Shown here: positions 1 to 8,603 of the stretch, piece by piece
Numbering within the stretch: position 1 is the first letter of the stretch
Layout: each line of letters starts with the position of its first letter
DNA from: Candidatus Omnitrophota bacterium
Lineage (GTDB): Bacteria > Omnitrophota > Gorgyraeia > Gygaellales > JBFMHM01
DNA length: 64,000 nucleotides
Direction: 5' to 3'
Assembly: GCA_040753015.1 (NCBI GenBank)
Contig: JBFMHM010000001.1
Span: forward strand, 211,157-275,156
The notes under the pieces: model-generated
What the model was told of the DNA's origin: nothing
The model's database searches: none
The model's input: only the letters and a program-made list of their open reading frames with translations
Made by a program: the position numbers and the translations under genes

Positions 1-112
1 CCCTCGCCCCGATTATTTTAATTGAATTATTCATATCTGTTTATCCGCCACTAAACATTGGCGGATTATTTATCTTTTCTTTCGACAAATTATTGTAGAT
101 AAATAAAATTAT

Positions 113-154
113 ACCAAAAAATAAGCCCCTGCGCAGTGCAATTTACAGGGGCTT
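113..154 (-). terminator. Rho-independent terminator downstream of the 81-aa gene
   Basis: GC-rich stem aagcccctg...caggggctt (123-154). On the minus strand it is followed by a U-run (revcomp of accaaaaaata). Shown directly in sequence. Confidence 0.55.
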
Positions 155-169
155 AAATTTTTAAAATAA

Positions 170-415
170 CTATTTCTTTTTCTTTTTGCCTCTTTTCATT
201 GCTGCGCAAGAAACATCGCCTTGCTTATCAATGAAATAAAGAAAACCTGGTTTTCTTTGAACGCCTAATTTTACCAGCTTCTTTGGACTGCCACCTTTTT
301 TCCCGCCTCTTGCCATTTTTGCGCAAGAAACATCGCCTTGCTTATCTAAATAATATAGATAGCCTTTTTCTCTCTTAATACCAGCCTTAGCAACTTTTTG
401 AGCCATTTTTTTCAC
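170..415 (-). CDS. Hypothetical small basic protein with an internal tandem duplication
   Basis: 81 aa. Two ~35-aa repeats of K-x-K-G/P-Y/F-LY-Y/F-L/I-DKQGDVSCA-x-M-x-RG-KK. The DNA motif ttgcgcaagaaacatcgccttgcttatc occurs twice. Lys-rich tail. No family recognised. Confidence 0.5.
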   Translation of the reverse strand: MKKMAQKVAKAGIKREKGYLYYLDKQGDVSCAKMARGGKKGGSPKKLVKLGVQRKPGFLYFIDKQGDVSCAAMKRGKKKKK

Positions 416-432
416 CTCCTCCCATAATTTTA

Positions 433-1239
433 TTATGTTCCAATCTTTATCGGGTTAAATATTTCCTTTAATGTTGCAACTGCTGAAAGCATAGCCAAAT
501 AAGAAGTTTTAGGATTATCTGGGCTTGGGATATTTTGAGTTTCAGTGATTATTTTGCCTGATTCTGTCTCAAGTTCAATTTTATGAATATTTCTCTTTAT
601 CTTAGAAGATGCGATAATTTTCACTTGAGTTTTTTTTGAGCCAATGCCTGCTAACGCAAGCGTTGCCGCTACGTTTATATTTTGTGGAAATGCCTTTGCC
701 GCTCTCAGAGCATTGCCGGTGAAAATAACCTTGCTACCATTTATTTTATCCAAATTAATCTTTTGTTTAACTACGTAAGGAGCGCCTTTTAACCCTTCAA
801 TTGGCTTTGTAGTAGTAAGTATGGCTTTTTTTATTTTTTTAATATTAGATGCTTTTACTCCATCAATGCCACAAATTGCGCCTGATGGCACATAAATACG
901 CCTATTTTTCTTTTCGGCAAGCTTAAAAAGATCTGTATTAGAAAGTAATCCACCAACGCTCATTATCAAAACATCACACCCAGAAGTAATAGCATTTTTA
1001 GCAATTGATGCTGAAAATTTTGAGCTTGATGCTTCAACAACTAAATCGCTTTTTTTAAAAACTGTATCCTGGCTGCAAACTAACGGCTTTGTTTTTAAGC
1101 TTTTAGATAATCTTATTGCCTGATTCTTATCTATATCACAAAGAGCGCAAACCCTTGCTTTTTTAGAAAATGTTTTTTCAATTTCTTTTGCAATATACGA
1201 ACCAATTGCTCCACAACCAATGATGCCAATTTTTAGCAT
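433..1239 (-). CDS. nadX: L-aspartate dehydrogenase
   Basis: 268 aa. N-terminal Rossmann motif IGIIGCGAIGSYIA. Length and overall pattern match the NadX/DUF108 family. Confidence 0.7.
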   Translation of the reverse strand: MLKIGIIGCGAIGSYIAKEIEKTFSKKARVCALCDIDKNQAIRLSKSLKTKPLVCSQDTVFKKSDLVVEASSSKFSASIAKNAITSGCDVLIMSVGGLLSNTDLFKLAEKKNRRIYVPSGAICGIDGVKASNIKKIKKAILTTTKPIEGLKGAPYVVKQKINLDKINGSKVIFTGNALRAAKAFPQNINVAATLALAGIGSKKTQVKIIASSKIKRNIHKIELETESGKIITETQNIPSPDNPKTSYLAMLSAVATLKEIFNPIKIGT

Positions 1240-2069
1240 AAAATATTATCGATTAATCTTGTTTTACCAACCCATGCCGCAACTGCGATTAAAACCCTGC
1301 CGTTGATTTTACTTACTGGTTCTAAATTATTTGGATTAACTATTTCAATATAATCTAAATTTATCGACGGAACTTTATTTATTAGTTTACGCATTTTAGC
1401 TTTAACCGTCAATGAATTTTTTTCTACCGATGAAATTAATTTTTTTGCTAAAAGTAACGAGTTATATAAAACTGCCGCATCAGCCTTTTCTTGCGGAGTC
1501 AAATAGCTATTTCGCGAACTCATTGCAAGGTTATTTCTTTCCCTAACTATCGGCAAACCTTTAATTTTTATAGGAAAATTTAAATCACGGCACATCTTTT
1601 TAATAATTATGAGTTGCTGCGCGTCCTTTTGCCCAAAATAAGCAATATCTGGCTGGGCTATGTTGAATAATTTAGTTACTACTGTTGCAACACCCCTAAA
1701 ATGCCCTGGCCTTGTTCTACCACATAACACCTTTCCCAATTTATCCACCTCAACGAATGTCAACTGATTCTTATGCATTTGACGGGCACTCGGTAAAAAT
1801 AAAATATCTGCATCCTCATTTTCCAAAAACTTAATATCCCGAGATAAATTTTTTGGGTATTTCTTTAAATCTTCTTTTGGCCCAAATTGAATTGGGTTTA
1901 CGAATATACTCACAACTACAATATCAGTTTCTTTTTTTGCCGCACGCACCAATGATAAATGGCCATCATGAAGACAGCCCATCGTCGGTACAAAACCAAT
2001 AGTCTTGCCTTGTTTTTTTAATTTAAAAATATGGTTTCTTATCTGCGAAATGGTTTTAAAGATTATCAT
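1233..2069 (-). CDS. panC: Pantoate--beta-alanine ligase
   Basis: 278 aa. GFVPTMGCLHDGHLSLV HIGH-like motif typical of PanC. Confidence 0.9.
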   Translation of the reverse strand: MIIFKTISQIRNHIFKLKKQGKTIGFVPTMGCLHDGHLSLVRAAKKETDIVVVSIFVNPIQFGPKEDLKKYPKNLSRDIKFLENEDADILFLPSARQMHKNQLTFVEVDKLGKVLCGRTRPGHFRGVATVVTKLFNIAQPDIAYFGQKDAQQLIIIKKMCRDLNFPIKIKGLPIVRERNNLAMSSRNSYLTPQEKADAAVLYNSLLLAKKLISSVEKNSLTVKAKMRKLINKVPSINLDYIEIVNPNNLEPVSKINGRVLIAVAAWVGKTRLIDNILC

Positions 2070-2476
2070 TTTATAATCTGATAAAGAGGTTTTAACACAA
2101 AATCGCGTTCAAGCATTCTTGGATGTGGAACTATAAGCTTCTTTGTTTTTATAATTTTATCAGCAAAAATTAAAATATCTAAATCAATTGTCCGCGGGCC
2201 AAAACGAATTGTTTTTTTGCGTTTTAAATTTTTCTCAATTTTTTTTAATACTCTAAGGAGCGATAAAGGTAAAAGCGTGGTTTTTATTTTAATTGCCCCG
2301 TTTAAAAATTTACCTTGAGGAATCCCTCCCCAAGGCTTTGTCTCAATAATTTTTGAAATTTTTACTAACTTTATTGCTGGGTTACTTTTTAGTTCAAAAA
2401 TTGCTTTTTTAATGTTTAGTTTGCGGTCGCCACAATTTGCGCCAATACCTAAATAAACAGTTTGCCAATTCTTGAT
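2066..2476 (-). CDS. folK: 2-amino-4-hydroxy-6-hydroxymethyldihydropteridine pyrophosphokinase (HPPK), non-canonical start
   Basis: Not in the ORF track. Minus-strand translation gives ...VYLGIGANCGDRKLN...ETKPWGG...FGPRTIDLDILIFADKIIKTKKLIVPHPRMLERDFVLKPLYQIIK*. This matches the HPPK signatures WGPRTLDLDI and VPHxxMxxRxFVLxPL. There is no in-frame ATG/GTG/TTG. A perfect AAGGAGG lies 4 nt before an ATC codon (2474-2476). The stop TGA overlaps the panC ATG (ATGA). The start coordinate is uncertain; ATT at 2444-2446 is the alternative. Confidence 0.6.
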   Translation of the reverse strand: MKNWQTVYLGIGANCGDRKLNIKKAIFELKSNPAIKLVKISKIIETKPWGGIPQGKFLNGAIKIKTTLLPLSLLRVLKKIEKNLKRKKTIRFGPRTIDLDILIFADKIIKTKKLIVPHPRMLERDFVLKPLYQIIK

Positions 2477-3633
2477 ACTGCCTCCTTGATGCGGCTAACA
2501 CCCACAGTTAGAGCAAATCTAATATATCCTTCGCCAAATTCACCAAAACCAACACCCGGTGTTGCAATAACATCGCATTTATCTAATAATAGTTTTGCAA
2601 ACTCCATTGAAGATTTAAATTGTTTTGGAATTTTTGCCCAAATATAAAAAGTGGCTTTTGGTTTTGCAACCTGCCAACCTAAATCAACTAAACCATCAAT
2701 AAGCGCATCGCGCCTTTGGCAATAAACTTTGCGCATTTTTTCCGGATGTGCTTGATCGCTCTGTAATGCAGCAATTCCAGCAACTTGAATTGCCTGAAAA
2801 ATGCCAGAATCAACATTGCTTTTTACCTTAGCTAACGCAGCGATTAACTTTTCATTGCCACAAGCCCAACCAATACGCCAACCAGTCATATTGTAAGTCT
2901 TTGAAAGCGAATGAAACTCTATTGCAATATCTCGACTACCTTCGATTTCTAAAATACTTGGCGGTTTTTCATTGTCATAGTATATTTCCGAATATGCCGC
3001 ATCACTTGCAATAATAATTTCTTCATTTAAACAAATATCAACAAGCCTGCGATAGAAATCACGGCTGGCAACTGATGCTGTTGGATTATTTGGATAACAA
3101 ACAAAAATTAATTTTGCCTTCTTTCCGCCAAAGGCGGATCCGCCTCGGGCGGAAATTGCTTTTAAATCTGGCAAGAAGCCGTTTTTTTCTTCCAGTGGCA
3201 ATATCTTTACCTTTGCGCCAGCAAAAATAGAGCCCGAATAATAAGGAGGATAACGCGGATCAGGTACAAGTACAACATCTCCCGGATTAATCAATGCCAA
3301 TGGTAAATGCGCAATACCATCTTTTGAACCAATTAAAGGATGAATTTCTTTTTCTGTATCTAAAGTTACATTAAATCTAGCATTCATCCATTCTGCAATT
3401 GCCTTTCTTAAATCAAGCAAGCCATTATCTAAAGCATAACGGTGATTTGCTGGGTCTTTCGTAGCTTTATTCATTGCCTCAATAATAAAATCTGGTGTGG
3501 GAGTATCAGGGTCGCCAATACCTAAATCAATAATATCGCGGCCTTGAGCACGTGCCGCCCTCTTCGCCTTATCAATTTCAACAAATAAATAAGGAGGCAA
3601 TTTCTTTAACCTATCAGAAAATTCAATATTCAT
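2449..3633 (-). CDS. dapL: LL-diaminopimelate aminotransferase
   Basis: 394 aa. Class I aminotransferase with the DLGIGDPDTPTP motif typical of DapL. Sits in a dap gene cluster. Confidence 0.8.
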   Translation of the reverse strand: MNIEFSDRLKKLPPYLFVEIDKAKRAARAQGRDIIDLGIGDPDTPTPDFIIEAMNKATKDPANHRYALDNGLLDLRKAIAEWMNARFNVTLDTEKEIHPLIGSKDGIAHLPLALINPGDVVLVPDPRYPPYYSGSIFAGAKVKILPLEEKNGFLPDLKAISARGGSAFGGKKAKLIFVCYPNNPTASVASRDFYRRLVDICLNEEIIIASDAAYSEIYYDNEKPPSILEIEGSRDIAIEFHSLSKTYNMTGWRIGWACGNEKLIAALAKVKSNVDSGIFQAIQVAGIAALQSDQAHPEKMRKVYCQRRDALIDGLVDLGWQVAKPKATFYIWAKIPKQFKSSMEFAKLLLDKCDVIATPGVGFGEFGEGYIRFALTVGVSRIKEAVSRIGKLFI

Positions 3634-3652
3634 AATTTTTCGTTTTTACTTT

Positions 3653-4384
3653 TTAGTTTAATATATCCTGCATATCATAAAGGCCAGGTTTTTTGTTTAC
3701 TAACCATTTTGCTGCAGTAATTGCCCCACTTGCAAAAATATCCCGTGTCTTTGCAAAATGAGATAGCTCTATTGTATCAAACGGCCCTTCAAAAGTAACC
3801 TTATGGTCGCCGATTATTTCACCTTCTCTTTTCACATCAAAATCTGTTACTTCAATACCACTTGCAGCTTTTATTATCTGTGCCAATTTTTTTGCTGTAC
3901 CAGAAGGTGAATCTTTTTTATGAATATGATGTGCTTCATAAATCTTAATTTTGTAATCTTTTAACTTTGAGGCTGCTTCTTTCAACATTCTAAATAAAAC
4001 ATTTACACCAATTGACATATTTGGCGAAAATACAACGGGAATTTTTTTTGCTACTTCTTTGATAACTGAAATTTGCTCAGCAGAAAAACCAGTTGTGCCA
4101 ATAACAATCGGCTTTTTATTAGCAAGACAAAATTTTAAATGTTCCAAAGTTGCCTCTGGCAAAGTAAAGTCAATTAAAATATCGCTATTTTTAATTTCTT
4201 CTAAATTAGAAGTGATTTTTATTCCCGAAATTTCTTCGCTAATTTTAGGAGAAGACGAGTGCTCAAGTAAAACAGTCACTTTAAAATATTTATCTGCCTG
4301 TGCAAGGTTTAAAATCCTTGTGCCCATCTTCCCGCACGCGCCAGCAATCGCTAATTTAATCATATTGTTTTGATTGTAATGCAT
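3653..4384 (-). CDS. dapB: 4-hydroxy-tetrahydrodipicolinate reductase
   Basis: 243 aa. KLAIAGACGKMG NAD(P)-binding N-terminus and a DapB-like C-terminus. The true start may be the internal Met at 4361-4363 (MIKLAIAG); the first ATG lies inside an inverted-repeat arm. Confidence 0.85.
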   Translation of the reverse strand: MHYNQNNMIKLAIAGACGKMGTRILNLAQADKYFKVTVLLEHSSSPKISEEISGIKITSNLEEIKNSDILIDFTLPEATLEHLKFCLANKKPIVIGTTGFSAEQISVIKEVAKKIPVVFSPNMSIGVNVLFRMLKEAASKLKDYKIKIYEAHHIHKKDSPSGTAKKLAQIIKAASGIEVTDFDVKREGEIIGDHKVTFEGPFDTIELSHFAKTRDIFASGAITAAKWLVNKKPGLYDMQDILN

Positions 4385-4483
4385 ACCTGTAATTTTTGAA
4401 GAGAAATAGCCCCGAAATTTCGGGGCGTACTATCCCGCCTTGGCGGGACAGTGATTTCGATAAAAAAATTATAGGTATGCATT
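4379..4483. repeat. ~105-bp intergenic element bounded by 19/20-bp inverted repeats (atgcatacctgtaattttt) with two internal GC-rich hairpins
   Basis: Left arm 4379-4398 and the revcomp of 4462-4483 match 19 of 20. Internal perfect palindromes gccccgaaatttcggggc and cccgccttggcggg stand out in AT-rich DNA. Confidence 0.5.
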
Positions 4484-4485
4484 AG

Positions 4486-5385
4486 TTATTTAATTAATTT
4501 ATATTGTTTTAATGCTTTTTTTAGTTTAGCTAAATTTTCCTCTTCCATCTCACACATTGGAAGCCTTAAATTCGGCTCACACAAACCCATTAATCCCATT
4601 GCCGTTTTAACTGGAATTGGGTTTGTTTCAATAAACATTGCTTTAATTAAAGGCAATAATTTATAGTGAATTGTTTGCGCCTTTTTAATATCGCCTTTTT
4701 CAAATGCGCTAACCATATCTGCTACATCTTTTGGGACAATATTTGCTACAACAGAAATTATCCCCGTTCCGCCAATTGAAAGAACCGGTAGAGTCAAGCT
4801 GTCATCACCAGAGATTAAATCAAATTTATCTCCGCACAATGTTTTAATCTGTGCCATTTGCTCTAAAGATCCACTTGCCTCTTTGACGCCAACAATATTT
4901 GGGCAATCCTTAATAAGTTTTGCAAATGTTTCTGGTAAAATATTTACACCTGTGCGCGAGGCAATATTATAAAGGATCAAAGGAACATCTACATTGTCGG
5001 CAATTGCTTTAAAGTGAAGATACAAACCTTTTTGTGTTGGCCGGTTATAGTAGGGCGCAATCTGAAGCGAAGCATCTGCGCCAGCAGCTTTTGCATGTTT
5101 AGTTAACCTAATTGCCTCTTCAGTTGAATTTGAGCCAGTACCAGCAATAACCGGAACTCTCTTGTTTACTATATCAATTACAAGCTCAATTACTCTTTCA
5201 TGCTCTGCGGTTGATAAAGTTGCTGACTCACCAGTTGTACCACAAGGCACAATTGCAGATGTCTTATTTTTAATCTGAAATTCAACTAAATTTTTTAGCG
5301 CTTCTTCGTCAATCTTTCCGTTGGAAAATGGCGTAACTAAGGCGACCATTGAGCCTTTAAACATTGTATTCTCCTTTGTATACAA
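4486..5385 (-). CDS. dapA: 4-hydroxy-tetrahydrodipicolinate synthase
   Basis: 299 aa. GSMVALVTPF, CGTTGE and YNxP motifs of the DapA family. Confidence 0.9.
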   Translation of the reverse strand: MYTKENTMFKGSMVALVTPFSNGKIDEEALKNLVEFQIKNKTSAIVPCGTTGESATLSTAEHERVIELVIDIVNKRVPVIAGTGSNSTEEAIRLTKHAKAAGADASLQIAPYYNRPTQKGLYLHFKAIADNVDVPLILYNIASRTGVNILPETFAKLIKDCPNIVGVKEASGSLEQMAQIKTLCGDKFDLISGDDSLTLPVLSIGGTGIISVVANIVPKDVADMVSAFEKGDIKKAQTIHYKLLPLIKAMFIETNPIPVKTAMGLMGLCEPNLRLPMCEMEEENLAKLKKALKQYKLIK

Positions 5386-6136
5386 TTTTTACTTTTCCTT
5401 CTAACCAAACATCTTTAAAACTGCTGTTTTCGGATTTAAAATAAATTTTCAATATTTCGCCGGATCTTACTTTAACATTAATTTCTTTCTTATTAAGATT
5501 ATGGACTAAAGAAGCAACTAACGCCGAAGCAGCTGAGCCGGTGCCGCAGGCAAGCGTTTCACCTTCAACGCCACGTTCGTATGTCCTGGCTATTATATTT
5601 TTATCATCTACAACTTCCACAAAATTTATATTTGTTCCGCGAGGGCCAAAAGCCTTATGATACCTAATAAGCCTGCCAATCTCAAAAACATTAATTTTAT
5701 CCACGCCCTCCACAAAAATAACTACATGTGGCACGCCAGTATTAACAAAATTAACGCTTAGTTTCCTTTCATTAATTAATAAGGGAATATTTAATTTAAA
5801 ATCAACCGGATCGGTTAACTTAATCTTCACATTTTTGCCATGAATCTTTGATTCTATTATTCCAGCCAGAGTTTCGATTTTAACTTGCGGCTTATTCACC
5901 CAAAGAGCAGCACATCTTGCACCATTGCCACACATTTCTGCCTCACTACCATCAGCATTAAAAATGCGCATTTTTATATCTGCAATTTTTGATTTTTCTA
6001 TAACCAGTAACCCATCCGCACCAATACCATATTTCCTGTCACAGATATTATGCGCTAATTTACCTAAATTTTCACCCTCTGCAATGACAAAGTCATTACC
6101 AGATGCTACCATTTTTATGAAATTAAGCTTTTTCAT
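5357..6136 (-). CDS. dapF: Diaminopimelate epimerase
   Basis: 259 aa. FxKMxGxGNDF N-terminus plus CGNG and GTGS catalytic cysteine motifs. Confidence 0.9.
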   Translation of the reverse strand: MKKLNFIKMVASGNDFVIAEGENLGKLAHNICDRKYGIGADGLLVIEKSKIADIKMRIFNADGSEAEMCGNGARCAALWVNKPQVKIETLAGIIESKIHGKNVKIKLTDPVDFKLNIPLLINERKLSVNFVNTGVPHVVIFVEGVDKINVFEIGRLIRYHKAFGPRGTNINFVEVVDDKNIIARTYERGVEGETLACGTGSAASALVASLVHNLNKKEINVKVRSGEILKIYFKSENSSFKDVWLEGKVKIVYKGEYNV

Positions 6137-7382
6137 TTCTAATCAAATCTTCGTTAGTTTCTCTTATTCTAATTACGCGCACATTTTTATCATCGATCAT
6201 AACTTCACAGGCGCGTACCCGGGAATTGTAATTTGACGACATGCTAAATCCGTAAGCACCGCTGCTCATTATTGCCAGATAATCCCCTTCTTTTACGATA
6301 GGTAAAAACCTATCTTTTGCAAAACAATCAGCACTCTCGCATATCGGCCCCACTACATCATATTTTTGATTTTTAATTTTTGATTTTTGATTTTCAGATT
6401 TTGTCAAAGGCAAAATCTGGTGGTGCGCATCATATAAAGCTGGGCGAATTAAATCATTCATTCCAGCATCTACTATGATAAATTTTTTAAAGGGTGTCTT
6501 TTTTACATATAAAACTTTTGTTATCAAAATACCGGCATTGCCAACAATAAACCTGCCAGGCTCCATAATAATTTTTAAATTAGTCTTTTCTAAAATAGGC
6601 AATACTTTCTGGGCATACCTTAAAGCTGTCTGAGGTGTTTCATTATTATAAATTATCCCCAAGCCTCCCCCAATATTTAGGTATTCTAAGTTAATTTGAT
6701 TATCTTTTAGCATGTTTATAAATCTAACTACTTTATTTATTGCTGCAACAAAAGGCTCGCTTTCGGTAATTTGTGAACCAATATGAATATGGAGGCCGCA
6801 AATTTTTACGTTAGAAAAATTTTTCCGCAGAAACAATATTCTGTAGGCATTATCAAAATCAATGCCAAATTTATTAGTGATTTTTCCAGTTGTGATAAAT
6901 TTATGTGTTTTTGCTTCAACATCCGGGTTAATACGAATAGCAATATTTGGTATTTTATTTAATTTTTTTGCAATGCGATTAATATTGGAAAGCTCTGCCA
7001 AAGACTCAACATTGAAAAATAAAATACCTCGTCGTATTGCCTCTATAATCTCTTCATCTTTTTTCCCAACTGAGGCATAAACAATTTTGTTTGCCGGGCA
7101 TTTTACAGAAAGCGCTCTAAATAATTCACCACCAGAAACAATATCAAGCCCAGCACCACAAACAACAAGCGACTTTAAAATTGCAAGATTAGAATTTGCT
7201 TTAACAGAGTAACAAATTAAGGGATTAATCTTTTTAAAGGCAGTTTGTAATTTTTTGAAGTGGTCAATTAAAGTATGGTGGCTATACACATATAAAGGTG
7301 TGCCAAATTTTTTAACTAAACCACTTATTTTAACTCTCTCGCAATAAAACGCTTTATTTATATATTTAAAATCATGCATCAA
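6123..7382 (-). CDS. lysA: Diaminopimelate decarboxylase
   Basis: 419 aa. PLP-dependent Orn/DAP decarboxylase fold (GTPLYVY, HIGSQ, EPGR, CESxD). Contains an in-frame AAAAATC heptamer repeat encoding ENQKSKIKNQK. Confidence 0.9.
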   Translation of the reverse strand: MMHDFKYINKAFYCERVKISGLVKKFGTPLYVYSHHTLIDHFKKLQTAFKKINPLICYSVKANSNLAILKSLVVCGAGLDIVSGGELFRALSVKCPANKIVYASVGKKDEEIIEAIRRGILFFNVESLAELSNINRIAKKLNKIPNIAIRINPDVEAKTHKFITTGKITNKFGIDFDNAYRILFLRKNFSNVKICGLHIHIGSQITESEPFVAAINKVVRFINMLKDNQINLEYLNIGGGLGIIYNNETPQTALRYAQKVLPILEKTNLKIIMEPGRFIVGNAGILITKVLYVKKTPFKKFIIVDAGMNDLIRPALYDAHHQILPLTKSENQKSKIKNQKYDVVGPICESADCFAKDRFLPIVKEGDYLAIMSSGAYGFSMSSNYNSRVRACEVMIDDKNVRVIRIRETNEDLIRNEKA

Positions 7383-8591
7383 CTAACCTTCTAATTCCCT
7401 TATCTTTCTTCCTATAATATCATGTGCATCTCTAAATGATATGCCTTTCTTTATAACTAATTCTGCTGCCTCATCTACTGCTGATAAACCAACATCTTTT
7501 AATGCCGCGTTTATCTTAGCAAGATTTAATTCTACCTTTTTTATAAATTTTGATATAATCTTCAATTCCTGCTCTATAGTCTCTACAGAAGAGAATAATG
7601 GCTCTTTATCTAACTGCATATCTCTATTGTAAGTTAAGGGCATGCCTTTCATAATTGTCAAAATAGCCATAAGATTCCCATAAATTTTTCCTGTTGAACC
7701 TCTAACTAACTCTAGGAAATCAGGGTTTTTCTTATGAGGCATAAGCGAACTGCCAGTACAAAACTCTTCTGGTAGATCAATAAAATTAAATTCTTTTGTT
7801 GAAAAAATTATCAAATCTTCGGATAAGCGAGAAAGATGCATTTGTAAAATACTTAAATCACTTAAAAATTCTATAATAAAATCTCTGTCGCTTACGTCAT
7901 CTATAGAATTTTTCGAAACACTAAATAAGTTACTTTGCGCAACATCTTTTATCGCCTTATCATAACACTCTTTTTTAATGAGACTCCCTGCCAAAGCACC
8001 CGCACCAATATGAATTTCAATTCTAGTTAAAAAATCAAAAATTCTTTTTTTATCTCTTTCGAACATATTGCAAAAAGCCCCAATATACTCAGCAAAATAA
8101 ATTTTTTGAGCTCTTTGAGTATGGGTATAGCCTACTATTAATGTTTTTCTATATTTATTACCTAAAAATTTTAAGGAAGCACCTAAATCAGCTAAAAATT
8201 TAACCAATAGTCTCCCTTTTTCATAACAATAGCTCTTCTCATCAAAAACAATTTGATCATTTCTTGAGCGCAAAGTATGCAATTTAAGGGCTAGTTTTCC
8301 TATTTTTGCCTCGACTTTATTATGAATATCTGTATGAATATCTTCTGATTGCATATTATGTTTAAATTTACCGCGATTAATTGTTTCTTGAATTTCTTTT
8401 AATGCAGATAAAAGAAATTGTTTTTCTTTTACAGATAAAATATTGGCCCAATACAAAGCAATCACATGTATAAGTGAATGCATAATATCATATTTAGCTA
8501 ATTTATGGTCGTATTGTATAGATTTTTGAAACTCAAAAAAATCTTTATCGATATTTTTTTTAAATCTACCTCCCCATAATTTCTTCGCCAT
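7383..8591 (-). CDS. argH: Argininosuccinate lyase
   Basis: 402 aa. KKLWGGRF N-terminus and fumarase/aspartase family signature GSSLMPHKKNPD. Confidence 0.9.
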   Translation of the reverse strand: MAKKLWGGRFKKNIDKDFFEFQKSIQYDHKLAKYDIMHSLIHVIALYWANILSVKEKQFLLSALKEIQETINRGKFKHNMQSEDIHTDIHNKVEAKIGKLALKLHTLRSRNDQIVFDEKSYCYEKGRLLVKFLADLGASLKFLGNKYRKTLIVGYTHTQRAQKIYFAEYIGAFCNMFERDKKRIFDFLTRIEIHIGAGALAGSLIKKECYDKAIKDVAQSNLFSVSKNSIDDVSDRDFIIEFLSDLSILQMHLSRLSEDLIIFSTKEFNFIDLPEEFCTGSSLMPHKKNPDFLELVRGSTGKIYGNLMAILTIMKGMPLTYNRDMQLDKEPLFSSVETIEQELKIISKFIKKVELNLAKINAALKDVGLSAVDEAAELVIKKGISFRDAHDIIGRKIRELEG

Positions 8592-8603
8592 CTTTGCCTC
8601 GTT

